DNA from: an uncultured delta proteobacterium
GTDB lineage: Bacteria > Myxococcota > Myxococcia > Myxococcales > Myxococcaceae
NCBI GenBank assembly: GCA_963796055.1
Contig: CAWCKH010000003.1
Span: forward strand, 96,001-160,000
DNA length: 64,000 bases
Direction: 5' to 3'
Part shown: piece after piece, positions 20,396 through 29,598 of the stretch
Layout: every line of letters begins with the position of its first letter
How positions within the stretch are numbered: position 1 is the first letter of the stretch
Notes under the pieces: generated by a model
Told to the model about the DNA's origin: nothing
Database searches by the model: none
Seen by the model: only the letters and a program-made list of their open reading frames with translations
Position numbers and translations under genes: made by a program

Positions 20396-21028
20396 TCAGG
20401 GCTGCTGACGCAGTTGCGTTTCCCAGACCTCGTTGCGGGCTTGCACCAGGCGCGAGAGCGAGTCCTTCGGGTAGTGCGGCTCGGAGCAAGCCGCTCCCTT
20501 GCTCGCTACCCAGCCGGCGACCTGGCGGCCCTGCAGATCGAAGAGCACCAGGGCGCAGTCGGGCTGAAGGTTGACCCCGGCCAGCTCCGAGTGCGGCGTC
20601 CGGGAATCCACCCACTGGCCCGTGAGCCCGAGCTGGGTGACGAGGTAGAGCGGGACTTCCAGCTCGGCGGGAATCGGGCTCCCATCCTCGGTGACGAATG
20701 TCCAGGTGCTCGAGCCAGGCCACGAGGGCGCATACACCAGCCCGTCCGGGCGGCGCTGGATGCGGACGGACCCGGAGGGCCGGATGAGCGACGGAGTCGA
20801 GGGTGAGGCGCCCACCTTGCTGATCTCGTCCCCGATGCGCTGGTAGCGGTCTCCGCCAGAGCCGGCCCAGCTCCCGTCCTGCTCGAGCCGATAGCTCGTG
20901 TTCAGGCCGGTGATGCTGCGGGAGTCGAAGCGCAGGTCGCCGGTGCGGATCCGCCGTCCCGCGCTGTCGTGCGCGGCACACCCCTCGACGAGCAGCGCAG
21001 CGCACCCGACCCAAAGCATCGTCCGCAT
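20396..21028 (-). CDS. Lipoprotein of unknown function
   Basis: Signal/lipobox MRTMLWVGCAALLVEGC; full-length similarity to the downstream paralog. Confidence 0.75.
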   Translation of the reverse strand: MRTMLWVGCAALLVEGCAAHDSAGRRIRTGDLRFDSRSITGLNTSYRLEQDGSWAGSGGDRYQRIGDEISKVGASPSTPSLIRPSGSVRIQRRPDGLVYAPSWPGSSTWTFVTEDGSPIPAELEVPLYLVTQLGLTGQWVDSRTPHSELAGVNLQPDCALVLFDLQGRQVAGWVASKGAACSEPHYPKDSLSRLVQARNEVWETQLRQQP

Positions 21029-21105
21029 TCGGCTCGTCCTCCCCCAGGACCTCGCCGGGAGCGTAGGCGCGGCGCATGCACGGCTCAAGGTCCCAGGGTG
21101 GAGAG

Positions 21106-22728
21106 TCACGGCACCTGGGCAATGCGCGGGCTGCTGGGCCTCGGGAGCGCGGGCCCCTCGAGTGTCGGCCGCAGGTAGTCGACCAGCGCCTCGAGGTCGG
21201 GCGGTCCACCTACCCGGTCGGTGCCCTCGGCGAAGGCGCCAAATCCGTCGCCCCCGGCGGCGAGGAAGCTGTTCACGGTCACCCGCACCCGCGCGTCGGG
21301 CGCGAGGACCCGGCCTTCGACCTTCACCGACCCGGGCACCACCTTGCCGCCGGGTGCGGCGGCCGCGGACCAGGCGTACGTGACGTTGGCAGAGGGCTGG
21401 AGGATCTTCGGGCGGCTGCCCAGCCATTGCTGCTCCAGAGCGGTCACCAGCTGCGCGCCGGTCAGGGTGAACGTGATCAGCGTGTTTCCGAAGGGCTGGG
21501 CGGCGAAGACCTGGGCGTAGGTGACGTCGCCGGCTGGCAGATCGGCCCGGAGTCCGCCGGAGTTGGTGAAGGCGATGGCCGCGCCGCTCTTCCGGCCCGC
21601 TGCCAGGTGGGCGTCGGCCACCAGATCTCCGAGGCTCGACTCTCCGGCCCTGCTCCCCGACTTGGTCAGTGGCACCGCGAGCCGACCCACCCGCTTGCCG
21701 GCCAGCGGCGCGGCCTCCGCCACTGCCCGGTCCACGACCGTCTTGGCCCGCGGATCCGGCGTGACGTCGTGGGTGACGGCCACCTGCGTCGCTCGCCTCG
21801 AGAGCACCCGGTGCTGCACCGGGTCGAGCTCGAGCTCGATGCGGGTGAGGAACCGGCCATAGGCGCCGGCGCTGGTGACCAGCGCGCCCCCCAGCTCCGG
21901 GCAGACGTAGGTCTGGTGGGTGTGGCCGCTGACCACGACGTCCACCCCGCGGAAGCGCTGGGCGATGTCCACCAGGGGACCGCTGAACCCACGGCAGTCG
22001 CCCGGAGAGGAGCCGGGGGACTGCGCACCGCCCTGGTGGATGAGCACCACCACCGCGTCCGCCCCCGCCTCGCGCAGCGTCGGCACGGCGGCATTCACCG
22101 CCTCGGCCTCGTCGCCGAACGTCAGGCCCGCCACGCCGCTCGGCGTGACCACCGAGGGTGTCTCGCGCAGGACGACGCCCACGAAGCCAATGGTCGCCCC
22201 GCCGACCTTCTTGAGGACGGTGGCCGGAAGGATCGTCTTGCCGGTCCGGTCGAAGACGTTCGCTGCGAGGTAGGTGAAGCGGGCACCCGGGAACCCGGGC
22301 CCCTTGCAAGGCCCGTCGGCGGGGCATCCGCCGCGCTGCAGCCTCAGCAGCTCGTCCAGCCCCTCGTCGAACTCGTGATTCCCCACGCTCGAGACGTCGA
22401 GCCCCAGCGCGTCCATCAGGGTGATGCTCGGCTCGTCGTGGGTGAGGGCCGAGGCCAGGGGGCTGGCCCCGATCAGGTCGCCGGCCCCGACGACCAGGGT
22501 GTCCGGGTCCTCGGCCCGGAGCCGGGCCACGTGCGCGGCCAGCCAGGCCCCTCCGCCGGCCGGGACGGTCCCATCCGGAAGTCGGACGGTGCCAGCGGGA
22601 GGTTCGAGGTTCCCGTGAAAGTCGTTGAGGGCGAGCAGCTGGACGTGAACCGGCCCACTTGCCGCGTGGGGAGCCGGAGGCGTCCCGGCGCAGGCGGCGA
22701 GCCCGAGGAGGAGGAACAGACGGTGCAT
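21106..22728 (-). CDS. Bifunctional metallophosphatase/5'-nucleotidase lipoprotein
   Basis: LAAC lipobox; NDFHGNL, AGDLIGAS, VGNHEFD, SGHTH, NSGGLR, QPFGN, FLAAGGDGF. Confidence 0.93.
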   Translation of the reverse strand: MHRLFLLLGLAACAGTPPAPHAASGPVHVQLLALNDFHGNLEPPAGTVRLPDGTVPAGGGAWLAAHVARLRAEDPDTLVVGAGDLIGASPLASALTHDEPSITLMDALGLDVSSVGNHEFDEGLDELLRLQRGGCPADGPCKGPGFPGARFTYLAANVFDRTGKTILPATVLKKVGGATIGFVGVVLRETPSVVTPSGVAGLTFGDEAEAVNAAVPTLREAGADAVVVLIHQGGAQSPGSSPGDCRGFSGPLVDIAQRFRGVDVVVSGHTHQTYVCPELGGALVTSAGAYGRFLTRIELELDPVQHRVLSRRATQVAVTHDVTPDPRAKTVVDRAVAEAAPLAGKRVGRLAVPLTKSGSRAGESSLGDLVADAHLAAGRKSGAAIAFTNSGGLRADLPAGDVTYAQVFAAQPFGNTLITFTLTGAQLVTALEQQWLGSRPKILQPSANVTYAWSAAAAPGGKVVPGSVKVEGRVLAPDARVRVTVNSFLAAGGDGFGAFAEGTDRVGGPPDLEALVDYLRPTLEGPALPRPSSPRIAQVP

Positions 22729-22769
22729 GGACCGCCCAGCATGCACCGATCCGGCCAGAGTCCCGAAGC

Positions 22770-23294
22770 TCACAGCCGGAGCCAGACCCCCAGCCCGGCG
22801 TTGACTGCCTGGCTGCCGAAGGCGCTCACCCCGCTGCGGGCGAGGGCGAAGTCCGCCGTCAGCTCCAGATTCAGGCGAAGGAATGCCATGTCGAGAACCT
22901 TCAGCCCGCCTCCCACCCGGAGGAACAGACGGGTCTCGCCCTCGACCTGGATGGGCAGCGAGGCCCGCCCATAGAGCGGGAACGTGGGATCGTCGACCGT
23001 GACCCCGGGACCGATCGACGTGCGCTGGCGCTCGTACCCGGTTCCGGTCGCGGCCAGGCCGGTGCGCAGCTCCAGGTCGAGCCCGACGATGTCGGACACG
23101 AAATAGCTCCCGATGAGATCGACCGCCGGCTGGAAGCTGTCGTTGATGCCGAACGAGCTGCTCTCGCCATTGCTCGAGGTGTGCGCGTAGAGCGGTGCCT
23201 CGAGCGCCAGCCGAATCGACCACTGGGCCTCGGCCCTGCCGGGCACGAGCAGCAGCCCGAGCGCGGCGAGCCCGAGCAGGAGCGGATGCCTCAT
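22770..23294 (-). CDS. Secreted outer-membrane beta-barrel-like protein
   Basis: Signal peptide ending AEA; alternating hydrophobic strands; C-terminal GLGVWLRL. Confidence 0.7.
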   Translation of the reverse strand: MRHPLLLGLAALGLLLVPGRAEAQWSIRLALEAPLYAHTSSNGESSSFGINDSFQPAVDLIGSYFVSDIVGLDLELRTGLAATGTGYERQRTSIGPGVTVDDPTFPLYGRASLPIQVEGETRLFLRVGGGLKVLDMAFLRLNLELTADFALARSGVSAFGSQAVNAGLGVWLRL

Positions 23295-23370
23295 TGGCCT
23301 CCGAGGCTAGCCCGGGATCGCCCGGGCGCCGCACGGACGGCGCGCGGCGGTGAGCCTCCGCCGGTGAATC

Positions 23371-24243
23371 TCAGTGCGCCGGCCGCTTCTCCCCGGCGTC
23401 GACCCTGAGCGCGAGGCGATTCTGCTTCGGCGGCAGCGGACAGGTGGCGAAGGCGCTGAACGCGCAGGGCGGGTTGTAGGCGCGGTTGAAGTCGAGGACC
23501 ACCGTCCCGTGCTTCGCCGGGTCGGCGTAGAGGAAGCGCCCGGCCCCGTAGGTCTCGTTGCGGTTGGTCTGGTCGCCGAAGACGAAGAACAGGTCGGGGC
23601 TCCCCTCCTCCAGCACCGGGGTGAGCCGGTACTCCTTGCCGTCGACGGTGAAGACCGCCGTTCCGGGCGACGGCGAGCGATCCACCTCGCCGAGCACGTT
23701 GGGCACGGCGATCTCCACCGGAGGATTGGCCGGCTCCCACCGGGCGACGATCCGCCACCGGGCAGAGGGCGGGTACGTCGGGATTCCCTTGAACTCCTTC
23801 CGCGCGCGCGCCTCCGGGTCCTTGATCCGCACGCCGATGCGGCTGCCGCGGGCGATGAGCTGGAAGCGCAGGCGCCCGACCTGGAGGATGTCCGGGTTCG
23901 CGCGCCCTTCCTCGTCGGTCTGGACCGCGCCGCCGGCGAACGGCTTGCCGTCGCGGGTGACCGGGACCCCCGGCGCGGGCTTGAAGGTGACCTTCGGGCC
24001 CGAGCGGGTGAACGTCCCGACGTCCTTCGGCGCTCCCTCGGGAAAGGCAACCACGGCCTTCCCGTCGGCACCGGCGCTGTTCCGACCCTCCTCGAGCCAG
24101 CCCAGGCCGACCAGGGTGAGCCAGCCGTCCTCGGACCGGAGTCGTTTCAGCCGACCTTCCTCCCAGACACGGGTGGCGGCCACGATGTCCTCGGATGGCG
24201 GGGCGGCCGAGAGCGAGAAGGCAAGCAGGGTGGGAAGCAGCAT
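23371..24243 (-). CDS. DUF1684 domain protein (secreted)
   Basis: GWLTLVGLGWL, FGDQTN..ETYGAGRFL, LDFNRAYNPPCAFSAFATCPLPP..NRL. Confidence 0.9.
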   Translation of the reverse strand: MLLPTLLAFSLSAAPPSEDIVAATRVWEEGRLKRLRSEDGWLTLVGLGWLEEGRNSAGADGKAVVAFPEGAPKDVGTFTRSGPKVTFKPAPGVPVTRDGKPFAGGAVQTDEEGRANPDILQVGRLRFQLIARGSRIGVRIKDPEARARKEFKGIPTYPPSARWRIVARWEPANPPVEIAVPNVLGEVDRSPSPGTAVFTVDGKEYRLTPVLEEGSPDLFFVFGDQTNRNETYGAGRFLYADPAKHGTVVLDFNRAYNPPCAFSAFATCPLPPKQNRLALRVDAGEKRPAH

Positions 24244-24338
24244 CGGGGCGCTTCTCTAACTCCCCATCCCCGCTCCGGCTCGGTCTGCGGCCGGCCGGCT
24301 CCCGGCGTCCGTCGACTGCGGGCCGTCATCTCCCCACC

Positions 24339-25124
24339 TCAGTCGTCGTCCCGGTCACCCTTCACGTGGAGGAGGAAAGTCGCGCTGGTGGGGTGTCCGC
24401 CTGGGTTGGTGTACGTCGTGACCAGCGTGTGGTCGCCCGGAGAGAGCCGCAGCAGGACGAACCATCCGTCGACGACGGCCACCTGCTGGGTTCCCGTCAC
24501 GCAGGAATCGAAGGCGACGAGACTCGGGTCTCCGGTGAAGGTGAACAGATGCGTGAGGTAACGGTACTGGTCCGGGTCGATGGCCTTGCCGTCGATCGTC
24601 ACGGCCATGTTGGTGATCGCGTCATCGAACGCCTTTGCCCCTTGAGCGAGGAAATCCTCGAGCGTCTGCCCGGGAGCGGGCTGGAAGGTCGGGTCCGGGC
24701 ACGGGTAGTCGTTGAAGAGGGACTGGAAGGTGTACAGCACCGGCGTGTGGGCGGGGATGGCGCAGCTCCGCGTGAAGACCCGGGCCTGGAAACCGGGGAG
24801 GAAAAAGACCGGGCCTGACTGCCCCACGCTGCAGTCTGCATCAGCGTTCAGCTCGGGGTTCGTACCGGCCGGCAGCGAGAAGAGATATCGCCAGTACTCG
24901 GGGATCCACTCGAAGGTGGTCTTTCCGGCCACCACCGCCGGGGGCGGAACGATGTGGAAGCGAGGACCGTCGTCGCTCTCCTGCCTCGATCGTCGCTCGG
25001 CAGACGCCATCCCGGCGCCGGAGACGCCCGTCCCGGTCTGCGGCGAGGGCGCCACCCCCCCGCCGCACCCCAGGACGACCAGGGCAGCGGTCGCGAACAA
25101 CACCTCGAAGCGATCGAATTCCAT
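24339..25124 (-). CDS. Cys-containing lipoprotein of unknown function
   Basis: GGAGG RBS + ATG 25124; lipobox VLGC; CSVGQSGPVFFLPG...VVDGWFVLLRLSPGDHTL. Confidence 0.75.
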   Translation of the reverse strand: MEFDRFEVLFATAALVVLGCGGGVAPSPQTGTGVSGAGMASAERRSRQESDDGPRFHIVPPPAVVAGKTTFEWIPEYWRYLFSLPAGTNPELNADADCSVGQSGPVFFLPGFQARVFTRSCAIPAHTPVLYTFQSLFNDYPCPDPTFQPAPGQTLEDFLAQGAKAFDDAITNMAVTIDGKAIDPDQYRYLTHLFTFTGDPSLVAFDSCVTGTQQVAVVDGWFVLLRLSPGDHTLVTTYTNPGGHPTSATFLLHVKGDRDDD

Positions 25125-25184
25125 GAGCCACCTCCTCTGGTGGGCGCCGGCCGGAGGAATTCCACCCGGCGCGAGGAGCCACGG

Positions 25185-25281
25185 TGGACCAGCGCTGGCG
25201 CCCGCTGGAGGGCCAGTCCGGCCAAAGCGGACAGGCCAGTTGCGCGGATCTGGTCCAGTCGACTTCTGCAGAACTGGTCCA
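25185..25281. promoter_or_regulatory. Putative MocR-family operator
   Basis: CTGGTCCA at 25250 and 25274, inverted TGGACCAG at 25185, GGCCAGT at 25211 and 25234, all in the divergent intergenic region. Confidence 0.55.
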
Positions 25282-25341
25282 TTCCGGCGGACCGCCGGGC
25301 GCGGGATACTGCCCCCGGTCGAGGAGGGCCGCGGCACGGGC

Positions 25342-26846
25342 ATGCGCTCCTGGCAGCACACGGTGGTGCTGGACCCCTCGCGCAGCGAGCCGCTCTTCCT
25401 CCAGCTCTCGGAGGCGCTCCAGCAGGACATCCGCTCGGGACGCCTCAGGCCCGGGGCGCGGCTGCCGGGGTCACGAACGCTCGCGGAGTCGCTGGGCATC
25501 CACCGCAACACGGTGCTCGCGGGGTACGGCGAGCTCATCGCCCAGGGCTGGCTCCACACCCGGCCCGCGGGCGGCACCTTCGTCGCCCGGGACCTCCCGC
25601 CGGGGTCGACTCGCATTCCGCGGGAGCGGCTGCGGTCCCGGCTGGGGCTCGCCCCGGGGTTTCCGCTCGGACCGCCCGTCCCCTCCTCCCGCCTCCCGGA
25701 CTTCCCTCCAGGAGTGCTGGTCCTCGCCAAGGGAGCGCCGGACGTGCGGAGGATGCCCGCGGCCGAGCTGTCCCGTGCGTACCGGCGCGCACTCGCACGA
25801 CACGGGCGTTCGCTCCTGGGCTACGGAGATCCGCGCGGCCACCCCCGACTCCGCGCGGCGCTGGCGGAGATGCTCGCTTCCACCCGCGCTCTCCCGGCCA
25901 CCGCGGAGACCGTCTTCATCACCCGGGGGAGCCAGATGGCCCTGGACCTCATCGCCCGCGCGCTGCTCGGCCCGGGGGACGTGGTCGCCGTCGAGGGAAT
26001 CGGACATCCCGGCGCATGGGCGGCGCTGCGGCTCACTGGGGCGTCGCTGGTCCCCGTCCCGGTCGACGCGCACGGGGTGAACGTGGCGGCGCTGGCGTCG
26101 GTGGCAGAGCAGCGTCCGCTCCGGGCCATCTACTTGACGCCGCACCACCAGTTCCCGACGACCTCGGTGCTCCCGGCGGCGCGCCGGATGGCGCTCCTCG
26201 AGATCGCGCGGAAGCACCGTCTGGTGGTCATCGAGGACGACTACGACCACGAGTTCCACTACGACGGCCGGCCGGTGCTCCCCCTCGCGAGCCGCGACGA
26301 GGCGGGGGTGGTCATCTACGTGGGCACGCTGTCGAAGGTGCTCGCCCCGGGCCTGCGCATCGGCTACCTGGTCGCGCCCCCCGCGGTCATCGCCAAGGTG
26401 ACCGAGCTGCGCGCGGCGACGGACATCCAGGGAGACCAGGCGCACGAGTGCGCGGTGGCGGAGCTGTTCGAGGACGGAGATCTGGTCCGCCACGTGCGTC
26501 GGATGCGCCGGGTCTACCGGGGCCGGCGGGACGCGCTGGTGGAGGCGCTCCGGAAGAGCCTCGGCTCCGTGGTCCAGGTCATGCCTCCGCCCGGAGGGAT
26601 GGCGCTGTGGGCGAAGGTCGACCCCGACGTGGACCTCGACCGCTGGGCCGAGCTGGGCGTGGAGCACGGGGTCGGTTTCCTCCCCGGCCGCCGCTACGCG
26701 TTCGACGGCGGGCCCGTGCACGCGATGCGGCTCGGTTTCACCCCGCTGGACGAAGCGGAGCTGGAGGATGCTGCGCGTCGGATGGGCGCCGCGCTGGCTG
26801 AGCTCGCAGACTCCGCGAGGAGGCGGCCGGCCGGCCGGCGAGCTTG

Positions 26847-26847
<1 letters not shown>
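25342..26847 (+). CDS. MocR/GabR-family regulator (GntR wHTH + PLP aminotransferase domain)
   Basis: LPGSRTLAESLGIHRNTV..GY..L..QGW; TPHHQFPT, IEDDYDHEF, GTLSKVLAPGLRIGY. Confidence 0.94.
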
Positions 26848-26918
<71 letters not shown>

Positions 26919-26940
26919 CGGACCACGTTCGGGGCCCGGG

Positions 26941-26969
26941 TTGGTAGCATCGTCGCCCCAGCGCGTCAA
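26941..26969 (-). promoter_or_regulatory. sigma70-type promoter for tRNA-Thr
   Basis: TTGACG-N17-TACCAA with an extended -10 TG. Confidence 0.45.
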
Positions 26970-26983
26970 AGGCCCGCGCACGC

Positions 26984-27805
26984 TCACCAGGGGGCAGGGC
27001 CGTCCCAGTCGATGACGCTGTCCAGGCCCCGCTGCAGCCCCACCGTCGTCCCCGTCTTGCGGATGGCGAGAAGCGCGCCGTCGACGTACGGCCGTGCAGA
27101 TGTGCCCGACTCGTGTCGGAGATGCAGCCGTTCGCCCGGGCGGCCGAAGACAACCTCCAGGCCGATGACGTACCCGGGCAGGCGAACCGAGTGGACCTGC
27201 ACCCCGGCGACCGACGCCCCGCGGGACTCGCGCGGTCCCTGCACGCGATCGAGCGGCACGGTGAGCTCCGCCGGGCGGACCGCGGCGAGCTGACGCGCGA
27301 GCTGGCGCGCGGTTCCCGAGGGCGCATCGGGCTTGTCGTCGCGCGCCGAGTCGATGATCTCGTAGTGCGGGAAGAAGCGGGCGGCGATCTGCGCCAGCCG
27401 CTGCAGGACGACGACCGTGAGCGCGAAGTTGCCCACCGCGAGCGCGCCCCGGCCCGCGGCGCGCCCCGCCCGATCGACTTCCTGGAAATCGTCCTCGGTC
27501 AGTCCGGACGTCCCGATGACCACGTGCGCCCCGGCCCCGAGCGCCGCGAGCACGTGGCCCTTCGCCACCTCGGGCCGGGTGTACTCGAAGAACACGTCAC
27601 AGGGGGTCCGGAGGGCCTCCCGGACCGAGCCGCTGACCGTGCACTCCAGACGCGGATCGCCCACCACCTCGCCGAGATGCTCCCCGGCGTGGGTCCTGGA
27701 CACCGCCCCGACCAGCTGCAGATCCGGTGAGGCCGCGATGCCGCGCGCGAGCTCCGATCCTGCCCAGCCGGTCGCGCCGGCCAGGATGACCTTCATCGTT
27801 CCCAT
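26984..27805 (-). CDS. dapB: 4-hydroxy-tetrahydrodipicolinate reductase
   Basis: ILAGATGWAG, VIGTSG, KPDAPSGTA, VHSVRLPG; the usual E-x-HH catalytic motif reads DSAR here. Confidence 0.82.
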   Translation of the reverse strand: MGTMKVILAGATGWAGSELARGIAASPDLQLVGAVSRTHAGEHLGEVVGDPRLECTVSGSVREALRTPCDVFFEYTRPEVAKGHVLAALGAGAHVVIGTSGLTEDDFQEVDRAGRAAGRGALAVGNFALTVVVLQRLAQIAARFFPHYEIIDSARDDKPDAPSGTARQLARQLAAVRPAELTVPLDRVQGPRESRGASVAGVQVHSVRLPGYVIGLEVVFGRPGERLHLRHESGTSARPYVDGALLAIRKTGTTVGLQRGLDSVIDWDGPAPW

Positions 27806-27880
27806 GCCGGCGGCGTAACAGCAGCAGCCCCCTGCGTCGACACACTGCGCGCGTCCGACCGGCCACAGACGGCGGGGCGT

Positions 27881-29413
27881 TCACGGACCTGCGTCGGTGC
27901 CCGCATCCGCTCCGCCGCCCGTGCCCCCGTCCGTCCCTTCGGGCCCGAGGGGCTGCAGCCAGATGTTCCGGTAGCGAACCTTGTTCCAGTGGTCCTGCAG
28001 CCGGATCGGTCCGGGACCAGGCGCCTCGGGGTCCCCCAGCCGGGTGCTCCCGGGCACCTCGGTGTCCTGCTGCACCGTCGAGCCGTTCCACACCACCGTC
28101 ATGCGGACCGGCGCCGCCTTGGTACCCCCGTCCCACGCCGGCGCACGGAACACCACGTCGTAGCTCTGCCAGATGCCCGGCGGGAATGCCTCGTTCACCG
28201 CCGGGGGTTGCACCCCGTAGATGGCGCCGCAGTCGACCGGTCCCGCGTCCCGACCGAATGAATCGAGGATCTGCACCTCGTAGCGGCCCTGGAGATAGAC
28301 ACCGCTGTTCCCCCGATCCTCCACCGCCTCGCTCGTGGGCGTGGGCGGCACCTGGAACTCGAGGTGCAGCCGGACGTCGCCAAACGTCTGGCGCGTCCGG
28401 AGATCTCCCGTGCCGGGCACCACCTCGAGCGCGCCGTCGACGAGCTGCCATCCCGGCGTCCCCCCGTCCGGGCCCTGCCAGGCGTCGACGCTGGAGCCGT
28501 CGAACAGCACCACCCCCCCGTCGGGCGGGGGGAGATAGGCCAGCGGCCGCACCTCGAATGAGCGATAGAACGTCTCCGCGCCCTCGGCCTGCAGCGCGAG
28601 ATGACCATGGCTCAGCGGTTCCCAGCCGCCGTCCCCGTCATTGACCACGATGTCCGTCGCGCCGTTCAGCCACTGCCCGTTGACGATCTGCGCCGACTGC
28701 TGACCCGACGCGATGAGCTCGATCGTGTTCCACTCGGTGAGCGACTCGGCCTCCCACCACTTGATGACCCGGCCACTGCGCAGGTTGTAGCTCTCCCCGA
28801 GCGAGTTGAAGCTGGGCTCGGCGGCCGAAGGATCGGCCACCGGTACCGTGACCGCGGTGCCCGAGAGGACCCAGAGGTCCCCCGTGTTGTGCTCCATGAT
28901 CTGGAACTCGATGCACTGCGGCCAGATCTGGTCCCCGCCGCGCAGGTGGTAGAGCAGCCCGCTGTCTCGCGGCTGGTCCTTGCGCGGGGCGAAGGTGTTC
29001 GTCCCCCACTTCTGCTCCACACGGGCGCGGAGGTTCCCGACGTCGGCCCACGTCGCCAGGTACCCGAAGTCCTGTTCCTGGTCGGTGGCCGGAATGCCGA
29101 GGATGTGCAACGTGTCGCCCTCCATCCGGAACACACCCTGGGGATCGCTGTTGATCCCCTTCGACGGCATCCACCGGTAGAAGCGCGAAAGCGAGGCATC
29201 GAGCAGCGGTGTCCACGACGTCTCCCCCAGCGGCCCGATGGCTCCGAGGACTCCCGCGTCGGATCCTCCGTCCGGCTGCCCGGCGTCCGCGTCCGCGCCC
29301 GCGTCCGACGCGCTGCCCGAGTCGGACCGACCGTCCGGTCGGTCCGCACTCGCACCCCGACCGCACGCCACCGCCAGACAGGCGACACACGTCCACACCC
29401 GAGGCCCGCGCAT
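27881..29413 (-). CDS. Lipoprotein with two DUF1080 (3-keto-disaccharide hydrolase-like) domains
   Basis: LAVAC lipobox, DAG-rich linker; RDSGLLYH..IEFQI..EWNTIEL..LQAEG; second domain GNSGVY..YEVQILDS..GAIY..LQDH. Confidence 0.85.
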   Translation of the reverse strand: MRGPRVWTCVACLAVACGRGASADRPDGRSDSGSASDAGADADAGQPDGGSDAGVLGAIGPLGETSWTPLLDASLSRFYRWMPSKGINSDPQGVFRMEGDTLHILGIPATDQEQDFGYLATWADVGNLRARVEQKWGTNTFAPRKDQPRDSGLLYHLRGGDQIWPQCIEFQIMEHNTGDLWVLSGTAVTVPVADPSAAEPSFNSLGESYNLRSGRVIKWWEAESLTEWNTIELIASGQQSAQIVNGQWLNGATDIVVNDGDGGWEPLSHGHLALQAEGAETFYRSFEVRPLAYLPPPDGGVVLFDGSSVDAWQGPDGGTPGWQLVDGALEVVPGTGDLRTRQTFGDVRLHLEFQVPPTPTSEAVEDRGNSGVYLQGRYEVQILDSFGRDAGPVDCGAIYGVQPPAVNEAFPPGIWQSYDVVFRAPAWDGGTKAAPVRMTVVWNGSTVQQDTEVPGSTRLGDPEAPGPGPIRLQDHWNKVRYRNIWLQPLGPEGTDGGTGGGADAGTDAGP

Positions 29414-29493
29414 GTGCAGCTCGAGTTAAGTCGTCCACCGCGGGACGAGGAGTCCCACGCGCCGAATGTCGCCCAGGCGGTGCAACGCATCGC

Positions 29494-29508
29494 GCAATCA
29501 GCCCGCCA
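29494..29508 (-). promoter_or_regulatory. Possible sigma54 (-24/-12) promoter for the DUF1080 gene
   Basis: TGGCGGGCTGATTGC (GG-N10-GC), about 80 bp upstream of the ATG. Confidence 0.4.
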
Positions 29509-29536
29509 TGCACCGTGCGACAGGATCGTCGTGAGA

Positions 29537-29566
29537 TTGACGGACCGGATCGCCGAGTCGTATAGC
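29537..29566 (+). promoter_or_regulatory. sigma70-type promoter for the glutamate dehydrogenase gene
   Basis: TTGACG-N18-TATAGC, then AGGAG RBS. Confidence 0.5.
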
Positions 29567-29598
29567 CGCCGCCGCACGCGAGGAGCCGACACCAGACC

